From Heterodontus francisci (Eukaryota), in NCBI RefSeq assembly GCF_036365525.1, contig NC_090378.1, positions 82,452,357 through 82,516,356 of the forward strand: a DNA stretch of 64,000 nucleotides, read 5' to 3'. The position numbers and the translations under genes are program-made. Below are positions 61,188 through 64,000 of the stretch, in pieces. A model generated the notes under the pieces. The model did not search any database, had not been told where the DNA came from, and saw only the letters and a program-made list of their open reading frames with translations. Every line of letters starts with the position of its first letter. Position 1 is the first letter of the stretch.

Positions 61188-62198
61188 GTACAAAAAGATT
61201 CCCAGCAACAAAAACGTTTTGAGTTTGCTAATCTTCACTGCACTGTAATAAAACCGTATCTTTAACGTTTACTGAAGGCTAGGCGGTAGATGCCTTACTC
61301 AATATTGTACTGAGTGTATATATTCCAGGAAGGTTCCAGGTTCCACCCCCAGACTACTGCCTAGCTGATCCCAGCTGGAGCTGGTTAGTGCCTGTCAGTT
61401 AGCTAAAGAGGAGAGAAAACCTCCAGGATCTTAGCCTTAGTGTAGACATACAATCATTTCAGTGAAGTTCTTCCTTCTTAGTACTGAAATCAAAACTCCA
61501 GTTAATGCACCCTACTTTTAATTGTACCAAGCTTTTAAAATCCACAAGTGGGTCAGTGGTTGCTTAGCTTGATCTCAGCTGGGGCAGCAGTATGGGGACT
61601 GTAATTAGTTGTAACACCCCTGAATTAGAGTAGGGGAAATTGGCCATGGTTCTCTTGATTATTTTGCAGTGACCCCTTTATGGAAGTGCCTGTGCATGGA
61701 AACAGGTGAAGATAAAATTGGGTTCAGCTAGTGTCTTCCAGAGCCAGCCTGTAGGCATATCCTCTTTTGGCTCACAAATAAATAATGGCCACTTGGACAG
61801 GGTGTTCGAGTGCGGCTGCTATCCCAGGAACACTATCCTAATGAACGAGTTAATGCCCTTTACTAGGGGGAAGAAATATAAAACCAATATTGGTGTCCCC
61901 TAACCATTGCTTCCTTGTTTGCTTTATTTTCTCTCCTGCATTTACCAATCCTGGTGGCATCCTTCAGTACGTATTTAGGCCCTTTACCCAAGTTTCTTGT
62001 CAGATTAAATTTCACCTATTTTGCTTTCTTCTGTACATAAATGAAGTTTTGGAGTATTTTAGTTTGTGTTAAGTTTGACTAGTTCTACTCATTCTCAAGT
62101 TGAGAAATCACCTCAGTTGTCCATATCTACAGCAAAATGACATGGGTATGATGTAAATCTTTCCAATATTTCCTTAATTTTGATGCTATTCATTCCAG

Positions 62199-62398
62199 AT
62201 GGCTGGGCTTTCAGAAACAATGTGGATATCAAACAACATCAAACATTAAATGATCGTTTCAACGCGGCAAGGCTGTTGCTGAATGAGGAGCCACCCTGTC
62301 CAGTGGTAGTGGACACTATGGATAATGCGACTAGTGCCAAATATGCAGCTATGCCAGAGAGACTGTATGTGGTGCATAATGGCAAAATCATTTACAAG
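62199..62398 (+). CDS. DIO1: DIO1 exon 3 (exon 4 and SECIS expected beyond the window)
   Basis: ttccag| ... aag|gtaaca, 200 nt; DGWAFRNN...[10 protein letters not shown]...YAAMPERLY. Confidence 0.96.
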
Positions 62399-63537
62399 GT
62401 AACAGAGTACTTTGATACTCGTGATAATGTCCATTTATTGAATGGTTTCACTACTAGATTTTGAATTGATATTTTCTTTCTCCCCAAGCTTAGGATAATG
62501 CATTTGATTTCCAACCCTTGCTTTCCCTGAAGAAGCCAATTCATGCTGGGTTACAATTCCATAGATGTCAGCAGCCCTTTAATAATCCAGTCCAAAGCTG
62601 CTGTAATTTGACTACTGTAGAATTGTGCTTCTGGCCTGCTTGTTGTCTTGCTATGCTTTCAGTCTGTTTTCCTCAATCATAATATTCAAAAAAAAAAGAG
62701 TAAAAGCAGCAACAGACTCACAACTTTTAACTATTTTTATTATTTACCAAACTCCCATACCCTAAGAAACAAATAACTAGGGGCACAGCCATTCTTTGGA
62801 CCTATTGCTTCAATCAAATATTGGTTATTCAGACAAATCCAGGTTAGATTATGATAACCAATGAGAGGAAGATGTACCCAAGGACTGGGATGGTCATGAG
62901 CCATGCAGACAAAAGTTGTAGGAATGATTAGAAGATGGGATCGGTAAATTTATAAATATATTTGTGGATTTAATTTTCTGAATTATTGAAGCTTTTAAAT
63001 GTTACATATCTCTCCAAAAATATCATTCCTAGTGTATGTGGAGTTAGGTAGAATTTTGTTTGTGTTTGGAGAGAAAATAGAAATGTGGGGAATATTTTGG
63101 GAATAATGAAAGAAAAGAATAAAGTTGAAAGGAGAAAACATGACATTTAACCAGGGATTAAAAAGAAAATCAGCTCAATAGTCACCACATGGATGACAGA
63201 CTCAGTTCAGAGGTTTTATAAAGCTTTGAATAAAAGCTGGGAGTTTGACCTTCAATCCACATTTAGCAGCATAATCAGCCTAATTAAACTAAAATGTAAA
63301 TGAAACTACTGGCATAGATGACAAAGGAATGCTGGTTCTTAAAGCCTCTCTGAAAAACTAGCTTATACACAATATGTAGCTAAACAATTGTCGTGGTGAG
63401 TGGCATTCCTAAAATTAGCTGTATACACTCAAAATGTTCTATTGGAGCTGACCACAATCACGGAGTATATTGGTAATATGAGCCATAGGTTGTGTTTTTA
63501 CTATTTTTATTTAAGATTTTATCATGAAAGGGAACAT

Positions 63538-64000
63538 TGGCTGGAATTTTACACCCCTCAAAAGAGCGGGCTGCTGGCCAGGGTGGGGTAAATGGAGTGG
63601 GAGACTCCAGGAGGGGGGGGGGGGGGGGGGGCATTCCCGACCCGCTCCCGCCTCCTCCACTATTTTATGTGGGGCAGCAGCAAGAAATGGCCAACCTACC
63701 CGTCCTCCGCAACGGGGATTTTACGGTTGGCAGGCAGGCGGGCGGCCTAGGCCTCAGAAAAGCCGCCTGATAAAAGTAGGTGGCCTTCTGGGGGGGCTGC
63801 TCCTGATCGGGCTGCCCCCGATGCTTCTACTGCCCTCAACACCCAACATGCTAGCCACCCTCACAATCGACCTCCCCTTGTCTCACCAGGGCCCGACCGA
63901 TTCCCCACCCCGCCCCGTGAGGCCCCAAAAACTTACCTGTTCTGTGGGGCTCCCTGACATCTTCAGTCTTCAGCTGAGTTGCAGTCCCAGCAGTGGCCGC
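63538..64000. mobile_element. GC/CpG-rich dispersed repeat, probable non-autonomous DNA transposon, running off the window
   Basis: Abrupt switch from AT-rich intron to GC-rich sequence at ggctggaattttac; no DIO1 exon 4 peptide found in it. Confidence 0.4.

Noticed and set aside
62399-64000. DIO1 exon 4 and SECIS element
   Set aside because: No matching C-terminal peptide or convincing SECIS seen; expected beyond the window

Overview
Vertebrate genomic DNA, very probably a cartilaginous fish (shark-type CR1 LINEs, HE1/V-SINE, Deu-domain SINEs). Host genes read from splice-consistent exons: the last 7 coding exons of NDC1 (+, 324-17695), a complete YIPF1 (-, 8 coding exons, 309 aa, 55010-39790), and exons 1-3 of the selenoprotein DIO1 (+, 57100-62398, in-frame Sec TGA at 61082). 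YIPF1 and DIO1 lie head-to-head on a small CpG island. Between NDC1 and YIPF1 is an unrecognised 287-aa coiled-coil gene (-, 24481-23618). The rest is layered mobile DNA. The most striking object is a TSD-bounded 3.2-kb LINE (34292-37517) with a tRNA-derived Pol III promoter as its own 5' end, no ORF1, no usable AUG for its endonuclease-RT ORF, and no TTTT run on its sense strand before the tail. It is a candidate Pol III-transcribed protein-coding retrotransposon, and its internal-deletion SINE derivative is also in the window. Also notable: a near-intact CR1 with a U UUA AAC slippery site at the ORF1/ORF2 junction, and Penelope-type hairpins carrying hammerhead ribozyme motifs. All calls are by eye; repeat boundaries without a TSD are approximate.
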